64,000 bases of DNA from Candidatus Poribacteria bacterium (lineage in GTDB: Bacteria > Poribacteria > WGA-4E > PCPOR2b), in the NCBI GenBank assembly GCA_965208675.1, contig OZ242351.1, positions 928,001 to 992,000 of the forward strand, in the 5' to 3' direction. Below, one piece after another: positions 48,482 through 59,567 of this stretch (positions are counted from its first letter, which is position 1; every line of letters begins with the position of its first letter). The notes under the pieces are model-generated. The model worked only from the letters and a program-made list of their open reading frames with translations. It did not search any database and had not been told where the DNA came from. The position numbers were made by a program, and so were the translations under genes.

Positions 48482-49519
48482 ATGAAAGTTGGGATGTATT
48501 ATAATAACAACGATGTACGGTTAGAACATATGCCGGTTCCAGCCATCGGCGACGGCGACTTGTTGATGGAGGTGAACGTGAGCGGTATTTGCGGCAGTGA
48601 CATCATGGAATGGTACCGCATCCAGAAAGCGCCGTTGGTGTTAGGTCATGAGGTGACCGGTAATGTTGTCGAACTCGGAAAAGACGTTGCAGAATTCCGC
48701 GTTGGCGACAGAATTTTTACTACACACCACGTTCCCTGCGATGAATGCCATTACTGTTTACGCGGCCATCACACCGCTTGCGAAACTTTCCATGCCGAAA
48801 ACAACTTTGACCCCGGTGGTTTTGCGCAGTATTTAAGAATTACAGGAAAAAGTGTAATGAAAGGAACATTAAAGTTGCCCGATGGAGTCACCTATGAACA
48901 AGGAGCATTTATTGAACCGCTCGGTACGGTGGTCAGGGGGAGCAGGATTGCGGAGGTACAACCGGGCGATAGTATGCTAATTCTTGGAACCGGTCTGGTG
49001 GGATTGCTCCATATCAAATTAGCGCGAGCACAGGGCGCGGGGCGAATTATCGCAACAGACATGCACGAATCGCGTTTACAGTTTGCGGAGGAGATTGGCG
49101 CGGACCACACCATTGACGCTCGTGCGGATGTGCCAAGTCACGTTAGAGAAGTGAATGAAGGGCATCTTGTTGACAAAGTTATCGTCTGTACAGGCGCCTT
49201 ATCAGCCGCAGCGCAAGGGTTAGAATCGGTTGATAAGGGAGGAACTGTGTTGTTTTTCGCTGTTCCCAAACCGGGTGTGCCAATTGCAGTTGACATCAAC
49301 GCGTTTTGGCGAGATGATATCAGTGTCAAAGTAAGTTACGGTGCGGCACCGGCAGATAACGAACAAGCCTTATCATTTATCAGTGCCGGGAAGGTTTTTG
49401 TGACTGACATGATTACACATCGGTTAAGCCTTGATGCCATCGGCGAGGGTTTTAGACTGGCAAGCGAAGGCGCGGATAGCCTCAAGGTTATGATAGAACC
49501 AAACCGGAGTGAAGGCTAA
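48482..49519 (+). CDS. Zinc-binding alcohol dehydrogenase (sorbitol/iditol dehydrogenase-like)
   Basis: GICGSD, GHE, CDECHYC...C, GTGLVG. Confidence 0.9.
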   Translation: MKVGMYYNNNDVRLEHMPVPAIGDGDLLMEVNVSGICGSDIMEWYRIQKAPLVLGHEVTGNVVELGKDVAEFRVGDRIFTTHHVPCDECHYCLRGHHTACETFHAENNFDPGGFAQYLRITGKSVMKGTLKLPDGVTYEQGAFIEPLGTVVRGSRIAEVQPGDSMLILGTGLVGLLHIKLARAQGAGRIIATDMHESRLQFAEEIGADHTIDARADVPSHVREVNEGHLVDKVIVCTGALSAAAQGLESVDKGGTVLFFAVPKPGVPIAVDINAFWRDDISVKVSYGAAPADNEQALSFISAGKVFVTDMITHRLSLDAIGEGFRLASEGADSLKVMIEPNRSEG

Positions 49520-49630
49520 ATCACGGCGCCGAACTAAAGGTTGCTACAATGAAGACATAACGTAAGTCGGTTAGAACCCGGAAATCGATGGAAAAGATGC
49601 CGCACACTCCGCCGCCAAGCCGTACAGTCT

Positions 49631-50869
49631 TCAAATTTTTTCCTGTAGTTTCGGATGGCTATCGAGCACTTTGATGAGCGTTCGTACGAGTTTTTCAGGG
49701 TCGTGGCGGATTACCGTTAGGGGAACTCCATTCTCAACAATAACCGTGTCTCGAATAAGATCTGATTCCACAACACGGATATCACCGAGATTGTCCTGAC
49801 TGCGATCGTAAAAGATTTGCACCTTGGAGGGATCGGCCATCTGCTTCGTCTCATCAGAGAGTTGCGAAATATGTTTGGTGAGATTTAGCAGCGAATCCGT
49901 AACATGTTTCGGATGTTTTTGAAGCGCGGAAAGGGCTTCTTCCGTGTGCATCTTAATGCGTGTAAACTGCTCCATAAGCTCTTTTTGAACATAGTTATTG
50001 ATTAGTGTTTCCGGAGCAGGTTGATTATTGACGATAATAAAATCTATTGAAAGATTTGCATGATTGATGATTGCCTGAACGTGGTCGCTGACTGAATAGC
50101 CGTCAGTTTCGCCGGGCTGAGACATCACGTTGCAGATGTAAACTTTCATCGCTTTCGACGATCGGATTGCTTCGGCGATTCCCTTGACGACAAGATTGGG
50201 CATGATGCTGGTGAATAGGCTTCCGGGCCCGATTATAATGACATCGGCATTTACAATTGCGTCGTCAGCCTCTTGATTGGCAGTGCATTGATATGGTTTG
50301 TTCGGTGGGTGATGATTCATGCCGTTCTCGCGGGGCTCAAGAAATATCCGCCGTATTGGTTCCCGATTCTCACGCACCGGAATTTTGGATTCGCCGCGGA
50401 CTATCTCGCCATCGGCGAGTTCCGCGCACAATACGGTGTAATTCAAGCTAACGGGGATGATTTTCCCGCGTACCGCGAGCAATTTAGATGCTGCGCGGAT
50501 TGCTTTTGGGAAGCTGCCGCCATTCAATTCGGTGAGCGCGGTTAATAGTAGGTTGCCGACCGTATGTCCGCCGAGATGGCCATCATTTGAAAAACGGTAT
50601 TCAAATAGGCTGTCTAGCTCATCTGCCTCGGACAAGGCGACCAAGAGTTTACGAATGTCACCCGGCGGCGGCACATCAAATTCCTGGATTAATCGTCCGC
50701 TGCTGCCACCGTCGTCAGAGACCGAAACTATGGCTGACAGATTGTCAATATCAAAAAGTCCTGTCCGCCCCGGTGTCTTGTCTGTGTATTGTTTAATCCC
50801 ACTTAAGAGAGACGATAATCCTGTTCCTCCACCGATACACACGAGCCTTAGACCGCTTCCGCCTTGCAT
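49631..50869 (-). CDS. yvcK: YvcK/GlmR (UPF0052) gluconeogenesis/morphogenesis factor
   Basis: IGGGTGLS, VSDDGGSSG, PPGDIR, GHTVGNL, GPGSLFTS, QPGETDG, RHDP; start 50869 after AGGAGG. Confidence 0.88.
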   Translation of the reverse strand: MQGGSGLRLVCIGGGTGLSSLLSGIKQYTDKTPGRTGLFDIDNLSAIVSVSDDGGSSGRLIQEFDVPPPGDIRKLLVALSEADELDSLFEYRFSNDGHLGGHTVGNLLLTALTELNGGSFPKAIRAASKLLAVRGKIIPVSLNYTVLCAELADGEIVRGESKIPVRENREPIRRIFLEPRENGMNHHPPNKPYQCTANQEADDAIVNADVIIIGPGSLFTSIMPNLVVKGIAEAIRSSKAMKVYICNVMSQPGETDGYSVSDHVQAIINHANLSIDFIIVNNQPAPETLINNYVQKELMEQFTRIKMHTEEALSALQKHPKHVTDSLLNLTKHISQLSDETKQMADPSKVQIFYDRSQDNLGDIRVVESDLIRDTVIVENGVPLTVIRHDPEKLVRTLIKVLDSHPKLQEKI

Positions 50870-51092
50870 AACGCCCTCCTTAAATGAGCTTCGATGATTC
50901 GTTCTATTGAAATGCCGCGCAGCTATACGCCCCAAACAGAAATTACGGTTTCAAGCTACAATCCCGATACAAACCTTTATGGCTTACAATGAAAGAGTGG
51001 CGTATCCTGATACGGCCGAGTATTTGATATTACCAACGTTGCGAAACCCCTTGCGTTTCAGGGATGAGAATTCGGCGGATTATCGATACTAT

Positions 51093-52493
51093 TCATCCGG
51101 ACGAAGAGGTTATTAATCCTCTCAACGAATCAAGTGTTGAATTACAGAGAAATTCAGCCTGTTCGGACGTCGGCGCTTCACTGAAAACGCGAATAACGGG
51201 TTCAGTGCCCGACTTGCGAATGTTGACCCACCTATCCTTCCAAATACGCTTCACTCCATCGGTTAAATCGAGTGAATAATCTTGATTGTCCGGCATGCCG
51301 AGTTCGTCAAGATAATTTTCTCGGGCGCGTTTTATGACCGTATCCGCAGCCCCCTGCGAAGAAACCTCCAATTTCCTTTTGCATATTGAGTAACTTGGCA
51401 TGGCTGCGGCTAATTCCGAAATCTTTAAATCACTCGAATCAGAAAGCAACTGAACGACTGCGGCAATTGATGCCATTCCGTCTGTAGTGTATTGGAGATC
51501 TGGATAGATAACACCGCCCGTCCCTTCACCGCCGATGATTGCTTTGGTTTCATGCATCTTTTCAGCTACATAACCGACACCTACCGCCGTGCGGTGAATT
51601 TGGACTCCATGCCGATCGGCAATATCATCTAACATTCGGCTCGTGGACACTGTGGCAACAATGTCTCCTTTGCGTATTTTCAACATGAATTCAGCCGCAA
51701 ATGCAAACGTATATTCGCCGCTTAAAGGGCGGCCTTCATCTGTAACAATCACAAGACGGTCCGCATCAACATCGTGCGCGAATCCAATATCGGCTTCTTC
51801 GGATTTAACCGCCTGGCACAATTGATTCAATGCGTCGGGCGTTGGTTCTGCAGCGTGAGGAAAATAACCATTGGGTACACAGTTAAGTTGGATGACTTGA
51901 CAGCCTAGTTCTTTTAACAAGCACGGGCTGATTACGCTGCCCGCTCCGTTGCAACAATCAACGACAACTTTCAACCGGCGCGAACGCGTTTGAACGCAAT
52001 TCATCCAATCGCTATTGAGGATGTTGGCGATATGGTCATTAACTGCAGTATTGAAGGCTTCTACGGTGCCTTGTTCAGCCCAATTCGCAAGCCTGAAATC
52101 CTTGGATTCATAGATGCGCATGAGTTCGGTTAATTCGGTAGGATTCAAAAGCCGACCGGATTCAGCCGCGAATTCGAGCCCATTCCAGTCGATAGGATTG
52201 TGACTCGCTGTGATGACGAGGCTGCCTTGTGCGTTTAATGACTTGGAGGTCAATAAGGCAGTTGGCGTTGGGCAAATCCCAGCGTCAACGATTTTGCAGC
52301 CGGTTGCAATTAGTCCTGCAAGCACCGAGTGGCGCACCATTCGCCCAGATGTCCGCGAGTCTCTTCCGATGACGACGGTTTCCCCGCCTAGAAAGGTTCC
52401 AAATGCTGCCGCGAACCGCGTTAGCGTATCCGGGCCCAATGTCTCGCCAATTATTCCTCTCACTCCTGAGACGCTAACGATAAAGTCGCGCAT
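51093..52493 (-). CDS. glmM: Phosphoglucosamine mutase / phosphohexomutase
   Basis: SVSGVRG, TASHNP phosphoserine, DVDADR metal loop, GGEGTG, RKSGTEP. Confidence 0.75.
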   Translation of the reverse strand: MRDFIVSVSGVRGIIGETLGPDTLTRFAAAFGTFLGGETVVIGRDSRTSGRMVRHSVLAGLIATGCKIVDAGICPTPTALLTSKSLNAQGSLVITASHNPIDWNGLEFAAESGRLLNPTELTELMRIYESKDFRLANWAEQGTVEAFNTAVNDHIANILNSDWMNCVQTRSRRLKVVVDCCNGAGSVISPCLLKELGCQVIQLNCVPNGYFPHAAEPTPDALNQLCQAVKSEEADIGFAHDVDADRLVIVTDEGRPLSGEYTFAFAAEFMLKIRKGDIVATVSTSRMLDDIADRHGVQIHRTAVGVGYVAEKMHETKAIIGGEGTGGVIYPDLQYTTDGMASIAAVVQLLSDSSDLKISELAAAMPSYSICKRKLEVSSQGAADTVIKRARENYLDELGMPDNQDYSLDLTDGVKRIWKDRWVNIRKSGTEPVIRVFSEAPTSEQAEFLCNSTLDSLRGLITSSSG

Positions 52494-52648
52494 ATAAATG
52501 CCTAACGGTTAAAATGTTGATGCATACCGGTTGGCTGTTACGATTAATTCCGCCGTTCCAAATGCAACAATTCTTGATTATGATTCATACGGCTTTTAGG
52601 TTTGCAAGCGTCAACGCAAAACTACAGAATTACTGTCACATAAAAACG

Positions 52649-53446
52649 TCAATTGGACATTTTCCGAGATGCTAGGATACAACACAAGCATCCAATCAGC
52701 ACCTGCCAACCGCAAACTTGATACCATGCAGGATAAACAAACAGATACGATGGAATGGGTGTCAATTCATACAATGTAGGTGTTCTAAAAATATCCATTT
52801 CAAGCAGATGGCACACCGCGATCAGCGGATTGATATGCAAGAATGGCGATATTATCGGTTGAAGATTTTCCAGATACCGCTCTAAGGGCGAAAGCAGGAA
52901 AACACCTCCGATAAGAAAAGCCCACAAAAGAAACACGGTTTCAACAGCGAGGAGTGTGTACCGCAAAAAGTTCCAAACCAGCGCGGCGATTGACGCTCCC
53001 GAAAATATGAAAACGATAAACACCAAGTGCAGCAATATTACCTTGTAACGCAGTAGTTCGCCGGCCGAGATTGTGAAAACAAGCAATGTCACGCCAAGAA
53101 AACAGAGGCTGTAAATCTGACTTTCAAAAAGCAAACGCGCCAGAATGGATCGAGAACGAATTGGACTCAATGATAGAATATTGTCCGACATCCTCAAATT
53201 ATGGTGCTGGTTAAGTGTGCGGCATGCGAGGTACGGGGAGACAATCAGAATCAGGAAGGCTTCAGCTAAAAAGATGAGATTGGAAAACTGCCCCAACTTC
53301 GCACGCATCAGCAGCTGGCAAATTACTAGAAGCATCGCGCTCTGTACAATTACGGCGATACAGATTTTCCCAACACGCCTCCATCGTTGGCTCATCGTTA
53401 GGCTGAAAACCGGGTTCTCAAATTGCCGCGCAAAGTTCATCTTCAA
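52649..53446 (-). CDS. ABC-2-type permease-like membrane protein
   Basis: About 6 TM helices; ENPV N-terminal motif, LSPI, INPL. Confidence 0.6.
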   Translation of the reverse strand: MKMNFARQFENPVFSLTMSQRWRRVGKICIAVIVQSAMLLVICQLLMRAKLGQFSNLIFLAEAFLILIVSPYLACRTLNQHHNLRMSDNILSLSPIRSRSILARLLFESQIYSLCFLGVTLLVFTISAGELLRYKVILLHLVFIVFIFSGASIAALVWNFLRYTLLAVETVFLLWAFLIGGVFLLSPLERYLENLQPIISPFLHINPLIAVCHLLEMDIFRTPTLYELTPIPSYLFVYPAWYQVCGWQVLIGCLCCILASRKMSN

Positions 53447-53507
53447 TCCATTTGAAACAACTTAGATCTGACACATCTCTAGTCCGCTATCCGTTGGATT
53501 CAAAACG

Positions 53508-54188
53508 TCAATTTTGTTCGCCTCCGATGTGTTCCTGCAACGCTTCCTGAATTTGGAGGATTGTTTCAGCTATTGCATACAGGTTTGGGTTGAGTTGCAA
53601 AGCTCGTTGATAAGCATCTATTGCCTGTCTAAGGTGCCCTAACCTGAGATGGCAGTGCCCCAACCCAGCAAATGCGCCAAAGTGATAGGGATTAAGCGCA
53701 ATCGCACGCTCACAATCTTCAATTGATTTGTCCCATTGTTCTAGCATAAAGTAAGCAATCGCTCTCTGATTATGTCCTTCGGCGAAATTTGGGGCGGATT
53801 GAATTGCCGCCGTCAACTTCTCTATGGCATCGTCATATCGTTCATCCTTAATGCATCTTGCACCATCTTTAAGCAGTGCATCGACCGATTCATTACCTGA
53901 ACGAAACCAAATCGCCCATAACGCCCGCTGGGCATTCGAGCGCAGCCCAAAATCTTCATGCTGGAGCGACTCAATCAATGGTTTTACCGCACCCATGCCG
54001 CTGAAAATTCCAAGGGAATAGGCCGCTGCGCGCCGGGTTGGCGCGACGTCATGTGATAACATGTCAATTAGAGTCTCCTGCGTGTAATTCTTGTCCTTTA
54101 GGGCGAACTTCAAGTCTTCTTTTTGTATTTGCTTTGAATAACGCAATAACAATTTTGCTAAGTCGGAGTGTCCATTGCTAGCAGACAT
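53508..54188 (-). CDS. HEAT-repeat + TPR protein
   Basis: RRAAAYSLG, AQRALWAIW, then PNFAEGHNQRA, NPYHFGAFAGLG TPRs. Confidence 0.85.
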   Translation of the reverse strand: MSASNGHSDLAKLLLRYSKQIQKEDLKFALKDKNYTQETLIDMLSHDVAPTRRAAAYSLGIFSGMGAVKPLIESLQHEDFGLRSNAQRALWAIWFRSGNESVDALLKDGARCIKDERYDDAIEKLTAAIQSAPNFAEGHNQRAIAYFMLEQWDKSIEDCERAIALNPYHFGAFAGLGHCHLRLGHLRQAIDAYQRALQLNPNLYAIAETILQIQEALQEHIGGEQN

Positions 54189-54549
54189 TAATGATTCCTT
54201 AAGAAGTTGGATAGCGAAATTTCAGGTTGAAATTCCCCACATGCGCGGCGTAGGCCGGCGCCGCGGAGGAAAGTCAATGCCAACGCGCAGAAAACTCCCA
54301 GATTATGGACGATCAAAACGTTATTTATCTTATCACACTGCCGAAACGATAGCAAGGTTAAAGTATGGAGTGGTGCGTATGGTCCTTGCTGGTCCAACGA
54401 ACTATTTCCGTTACGGTGAACTGAAGCGGCGGTTGTGCTTGCGAAGACTCAATGAATTTAGATATAATCTGTTGAAGGAGAACCGTTTATCACTCTAACT
54501 TTCATGTCTAACCCATTGCCCAATTCCGTCGAAATTAGCGCATAAAACC

Positions 54550-55584
54550 ATGTACACGCTCGAACCGCTGAAAAAAGAAGACTCAGATGTATGGGATACT
54601 ATGTTGCGTCATTGCCCGAACAGCACTGCTTTTCACTCAGCTACTTGGCGGGACGGGTTAGCGGGTTCTTTCAAACAGTTGACTCCTGCATACTTACTGA
54701 TTCAGGAAAATGGCACCACAGTTGGCGGATTGCCGGCCTTCGTGTTCAAACCTATTCCAAGTATCAAGTTGTTACATTCAATGCCGTGGAATCAATGCGG
54801 CGGGATTCAACTAATCGAGGGAACGTCTGGAAATATCAACCTCCTGTTGCAATCCGTTGAGAGTCATTTGAATCGGATTGTTAGCGTACAAAGCCCTTGT
54901 GAAACGGTTTTCACGCTTTCGCCATGGCAGACAGAAGACTACGGGCGGCGCTTGAACGAATTAGGATACTGTAAGTACAAAGAAAGCTTTACACACTTAC
55001 TCAAAATCCATGCCGATTACGATGTCATTTGGGCGGGTTACAAGAAGTCAATCAGAAAAGCGGTCAGAAAGGCACAGAAATCAGGGGTATCGGTCTACGA
55101 ATCGGACAGAGAGATTGACCTTGAAGCATTCTACGAAATCTACTTGGCAACGCAAAAAAGGGTAATGAGTGTCCCGAAACCACTGTCTCTGATGAGATTT
55201 CTCTTCCAAAGCGGTCTTGCAAAATTAGTCGTTGCGAAACACGGCGGCTTAATTATAGCGGGGGTATTATATCTATACTTTAACCGAACCGTAACGCCCT
55301 GGTGCGGCGGTTCTGTCCCCGAATTCCTTGAGTACCGCCCGAACAACGCAATTCTTCACCACATCATCAAATGGGCATGTTCGGAAGGATATTCGTGGGT
55401 GGATCTTGGGGCGTCCCCCCCGGAAAACCCTGGACTCATTAATTATAAAGAACAATATCGAGCAAAGCGATTTGATTACTCCAGTTATTTGAAAGTCCAC
55501 TCACCCGTAAAACGTGCGGTATGGTTAAAGTCCGAGCCGGCACTCCGAAAATTTTACGCTTGGGTGCAGCACGGGCGAAGTTAA
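54550..55584 (+). CDS. GNAT family (FemAB/FemX-like) acyltransferase
   Basis: STAFHS..W, RKAVRKAQKSGV, RPNN...IKWA...G...DLG, GL..YK. Confidence 0.8.
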   Translation: MYTLEPLKKEDSDVWDTMLRHCPNSTAFHSATWRDGLAGSFKQLTPAYLLIQENGTTVGGLPAFVFKPIPSIKLLHSMPWNQCGGIQLIEGTSGNINLLLQSVESHLNRIVSVQSPCETVFTLSPWQTEDYGRRLNELGYCKYKESFTHLLKIHADYDVIWAGYKKSIRKAVRKAQKSGVSVYESDREIDLEAFYEIYLATQKRVMSVPKPLSLMRFLFQSGLAKLVVAKHGGLIIAGVLYLYFNRTVTPWCGGSVPEFLEYRPNNAILHHIIKWACSEGYSWVDLGASPPENPGLINYKEQYRAKRFDYSSYLKVHSPVKRAVWLKSEPALRKFYAWVQHGRS

Positions 55585-55755
55585 CTGTCGGCCGGTCGAT
55601 TCTGCCCGTAGTATACGGCTGAGTAATTTAGAATTTGCTTTAAATAATTTTTTGTGCGTGCTAAAATAGGTATCGTACTACATAGGCTTTCGTATAGGCT
55701 TCTCAAGCTGTGTTCCTAAAACCGAGCGAAATCCCGCAGTAATCTGAGCGAGGAG

Positions 55756-56574
55756 GTGTACCAAATGGGAGCCGCGCTGATGAGACTAGCCTTCGTATGC
55801 ATTTGTTCTAGTGTTCTTGTGCATATGGCGGCGATTCCAAGTTTTTCCAAAATTTACCCAAAAACCATCGTTGGACTATGGCTATTTGATGAGGGCCGCG
55901 GCAACATAGCCAAAGACGATTCCGGCAACGGTCATCATGGAGAGTTCATCGGACTAAAGCCGAAATGGGTTGAAGGCAAATTCGGCCAGGCGTTCGAATT
56001 TGACGGACAGGATGATTCCATTTTGTTTAATGCAGCCGAGCGGCCGGAACACGCTTTCATATTTCATCAGCCGACCGACGCGACGTTTGTGTTTTGGATA
56101 AAGAGACTCACGTTACCCCATGTTGCGATATTTTGGACGAGAGGAGATGTCACCGATAAGGGGCGGTTCAATGTCTACGCGGGGGCAGGAGAAAATTTTG
56201 GTTTTACTTATAAGTCGGACGATGGCACTCCACATGGGATTTTTTCTCGAACGGTCGATCTCCCTTTTAAGGAATGGACTCACTTAGCAATAACACGAAA
56301 AGGCAAATCCTATATCGCTTACAAAGACGGCGTTGCAGCAGACCGAGCAGTCGATCCAGAACCCGACCTGCCTAAGGCTAGGCGTTGGATTGCATCGGGC
56401 AGAGACGGTTTTCGATTCAACGGCATCCTCGACGAAATTGGCGCGTTTAAGGCTGTATTGAGTGCGGAGGATATTAACAATATTATGAACAATGGACTCG
56501 AGAAATCCGCACTGGTTGTGCCATCCACTAAGAAACTGGCGACGATCTGGGGCCAGATAAAACACCGGAAATAA
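55756..56574 (+). CDS. Secreted LamG/concanavalin-A-like jelly-roll protein 1
   Basis: GLWLFDEGRG...D.SGNG.HG, W.EGKFG.A.EFDG, WTHLA, G.LDEI; tail KKLATIWGQIK. Confidence 0.88.
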   Translation: MYQMGAALMRLAFVCICSSVLVHMAAIPSFSKIYPKTIVGLWLFDEGRGNIAKDDSGNGHHGEFIGLKPKWVEGKFGQAFEFDGQDDSILFNAAERPEHAFIFHQPTDATFVFWIKRLTLPHVAIFWTRGDVTDKGRFNVYAGAGENFGFTYKSDDGTPHGIFSRTVDLPFKEWTHLAITRKGKSYIAYKDGVAADRAVDPEPDLPKARRWIASGRDGFRFNGILDEIGAFKAVLSAEDINNIMNNGLEKSALVVPSTKKLATIWGQIKHRK

Positions 56575-56919
56575 TCTTGGCTTAACGCTAACATAAAACT
56601 GCGTATTTGAATCCTGCTAAAGATTTGAAAGCCAAGATTGTGTTATCAGAACTTCAACGAGGAATTCACAAAACGTCTAGGCAACTCCATTCGATGCCAA
56701 GCGCGTAAGAATTTGGGCGACAGGTTGAGTTGTTCAAGAGGTTGACACGGAAGCTGTCCAGAGATGTTTAGGCTATTCGTTTTAAGAAAAATTAGCTAGG
56801 AAGTGGATTCCTCTGAGATCTAATAGGCGGTGGTCAGCGGGGCTCTCTGTTAGAAACAGTGAAAGAATGTTCAAACGGCAGCAATATTATGAACTCATAA
56901 AAATTAAAGGAGGGCATTG

Positions 56920-57705
56920 ATGTACAAATCATTATGTGCGACGTTGATAATTGCGCTGACGGTTGTTTTTTCCTGTTTAGCATGGGCAGTTGTCAACCCG
57001 GACGCGATTGTGCTTTCGTTGTCGTTTGACGAAGGAGCCGGAGAAAAGGCGGAGGACGTTTCCCCGCTCGGGAACAACGTCTTTTTCATTGATGAACCAA
57101 AATGGGATGAGGGAAAATTCGGAGAGTGCGTACGGTTGAAAAATAACGCACATCTAGAAACCGAGATGCCAAACCTTGAGCTACACAACACTGATTTGTC
57201 GATGGCAATTTGGGCAAAATTCACCGCTGAACCCGGTTGGGTTGCACTCATGAGTCACGATGAAGGCGCGCAAATTGGCGCAAAAAAATGGGCATGGTGG
57301 TTTTCAGCCGGCGCATTCGTTTTTTATATTGATCACGCAGATGCGAAAGAAACGCGCGAGTGGATTCGTTCCGATTTCTTTGGGACACCAGAAATTGATA
57401 GGTGGTACCACCTCGCGATCGTCAAGCAGAATGACCTACATACCCATTATCTTGACGGTGAACCGTTTGGCGAAGAAGAAAAAAAAGCTCCTGTGCCCGA
57501 AGCAATTATAGGTCCGCTATCCATCGGTGCGACAGGCATTAGGTATTTTTTCCAAGGGTTTCTAGACGAAGCCATAATTGTACGCCAAGCGCTAAGCCAG
57601 AATGACATCCGGAATCACCGCGACGGCGGCAATGTTGGGATTTTAGCGGTCGAGCCCGGCGGCAAGCTCGCAACCAGATGGGGCAGCCTGAAGATGAAAC
57701 GCTAA
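56920..57705 (+). CDS. Secreted LamG-like protein 2
   Basis: Signal peptide; LSFDEGAG, WYHLAIV, FQGFLDE; tail AVEPGGKLATRWGSLK. Confidence 0.88.
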   Translation: MYKSLCATLIIALTVVFSCLAWAVVNPDAIVLSLSFDEGAGEKAEDVSPLGNNVFFIDEPKWDEGKFGECVRLKNNAHLETEMPNLELHNTDLSMAIWAKFTAEPGWVALMSHDEGAQIGAKKWAWWFSAGAFVFYIDHADAKETREWIRSDFFGTPEIDRWYHLAIVKQNDLHTHYLDGEPFGEEEKKAPVPEAIIGPLSIGATGIRYFFQGFLDEAIIVRQALSQNDIRNHRDGGNVGILAVEPGGKLATRWGSLKMKR

Positions 57706-57810
57706 TCGTCCAGTTATCAATGAAACAATCCCTCATTCATACATCAGATTTCCGGCAAGATGGACGATCCATTTCATATTGAATGCTATTCGGCAGTTAA
57801 GGGGGTAACA

Positions 57811-58608
57811 ATGCGTTTTTCGATATCAATGTTCTTAATGATGGCTTCTGCGTGGATCTTTCCATTCGCATCAGAGGCGGCAATAGACCCGGAAGCTATA
57901 GTGCTTGCATTGCCGTTTGACGAAGGGGCAGGTGATGAAGCTAAGGACGCCTCCCCAAGCGGAAACAACCTCTTCCTCGTAGAAGAAGCAAAATGGGACG
58001 AAGGAAAAATTGGCAAATGCGTGCGCTTGAAAAAGACCGCTCATCTAGAGACCGAAATGCCAAACCTTGAGCTGCACAATACCGATTTGACGCTGGCGAT
58101 GTGGGTTAGCTTCTCCGCAGAACCCGGCTGGGTTGCCCTAATGAGTCACGATGTAGGCGCTGGATTAGGCCACGAGAAATGGGCTTGGTGGCTCCAGTCC
58201 GGTACGTTCGTTTTCCACATTGATGATGGGATTGAGAAGCGCGAATGGGTGCGTTCCGACTTCTTTGGGGCACCGGAACTCAACAGGTGGTACCACCTTG
58301 CTTTTGTCAAAAATAAGGACCTACACACACATTATGTTGACGGTGAACCGTTTGGAGGGGATGAAAAGAATGCACCTGTTCCCGAAGTGATTGAAGGGCC
58401 ATTCTCGGTCGGTGCAACGGGTATGAGGTACTATTTCCAAGGATTGATGGATGAAGCGTTGATTGTCAAACAGGCATTGACCCAGAACGACATCCAGAGG
58501 CATCTTGCCGGCGGCGTTGCCCGTATTCTAGCAGTGGAGCCGGGCGGAAAACTCGCAACTCAATGGGGCCGCCTGAAGATGGGACGTGACTTTCCTTTCA
58601 GCCAATGA
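57811..58608 (+). CDS. Secreted LamG-like protein 3
   Basis: Close paralog of protein 2; tail AVEPGGKLATQWGRLK. Confidence 0.88.
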   Translation: MRFSISMFLMMASAWIFPFASEAAIDPEAIVLALPFDEGAGDEAKDASPSGNNLFLVEEAKWDEGKIGKCVRLKKTAHLETEMPNLELHNTDLTLAMWVSFSAEPGWVALMSHDVGAGLGHEKWAWWLQSGTFVFHIDDGIEKREWVRSDFFGAPELNRWYHLAFVKNKDLHTHYVDGEPFGGDEKNAPVPEVIEGPFSVGATGMRYYFQGLMDEALIVKQALTQNDIQRHLAGGVARILAVEPGGKLATQWGRLKMGRDFPFSQ

Positions 58609-58691
58609 TGCATTAACCCAAGAAATCTAATCTGCCTCGATTGACTCGGCCGATAGATTTCCAACACATCCACGACAGTGGAGCGGCAATA

Positions 58692-59492
58692 ATGCGCGCA
58701 TCAAGATTTATATGCATGGCAATTGTGTTGCTGTGGGCGGCATCCATACATGTTAATGCGGGAATCAATGCGGACGAGATTGTGCTCGCACTGTCGTTTG
58801 ATGAAGGAGAGGGTGAAGCAGCCGCAGACTTATCTTCAAATGGAAACGCCGCGGCGCTGGTGCAAGGCGCTAAATGGGGCGCAGGGAAGCTCGGTACATG
58901 CTTGCGCTTGAAAAATACCGCTCACGCATCGGTTGCGAACCACCCGAGCCTCGATTTACACGAGACAGATTTCTCACTGGCAATTTGGATGAATTTTTCT
59001 TCCGATCCCGGCTGGTACAACCTTATGGCACACAGTGAGGGGCCCGGCGGCGGTGACAAGAAATGGTTCTGGATGTTCTCTGGCGGAAAGTTCAAATTTC
59101 ACATTTTTAACCTTGGAGGTGAGCTTGCGTGGATTGATTCGGAATTCTTTGGCTTTCCTGAACTTGACCGCTGGTATCACCTCGCCTTGGTAAAACGGCA
59201 GGAGCAGTACACGTTTTTTCTGGATGGTGAGCCGTTTGGGGAATCAGTAAAAGACCTGCCCGTTCCCAAAGAGATAAACAACGTCCTCACTATTGGATGG
59301 TCACAAGAGGATCGCTACTTTCAGGGACTCCTTGATGAGGTGCTCATTGTGAAACAGGCGTTAACCCAAAACGATGTCCAAAAGCATCTACTTGGCGGCG
59401 TCCGGGGGATATTGGCTGTTTACGCTGGCGAGAAGTTTACGACTAGATGGGGTAGGTTGAAGACAGGAAACGGCTTATCCAATGACCGGTAA
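58692..59492 (+). CDS. Secreted LamG-like protein 4
   Basis: Same scaffold; tail AVYAGEKFTTRWGRLK. Confidence 0.88.
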   Translation: MRASRFICMAIVLLWAASIHVNAGINADEIVLALSFDEGEGEAAADLSSNGNAAALVQGAKWGAGKLGTCLRLKNTAHASVANHPSLDLHETDFSLAIWMNFSSDPGWYNLMAHSEGPGGGDKKWFWMFSGGKFKFHIFNLGGELAWIDSEFFGFPELDRWYHLALVKRQEQYTFFLDGEPFGESVKDLPVPKEINNVLTIGWSQEDRYFQGLLDEVLIVKQALTQNDVQKHLLGGVRGILAVYAGEKFTTRWGRLKTGNGLSNDR

Positions 59493-59567
59493 TCCAACCT
59501 CTTAAACAACTCTATCCAAGTTCAACATGGGGAATAACCCTGTACCATAGGGAACGGCAATGCGTGT

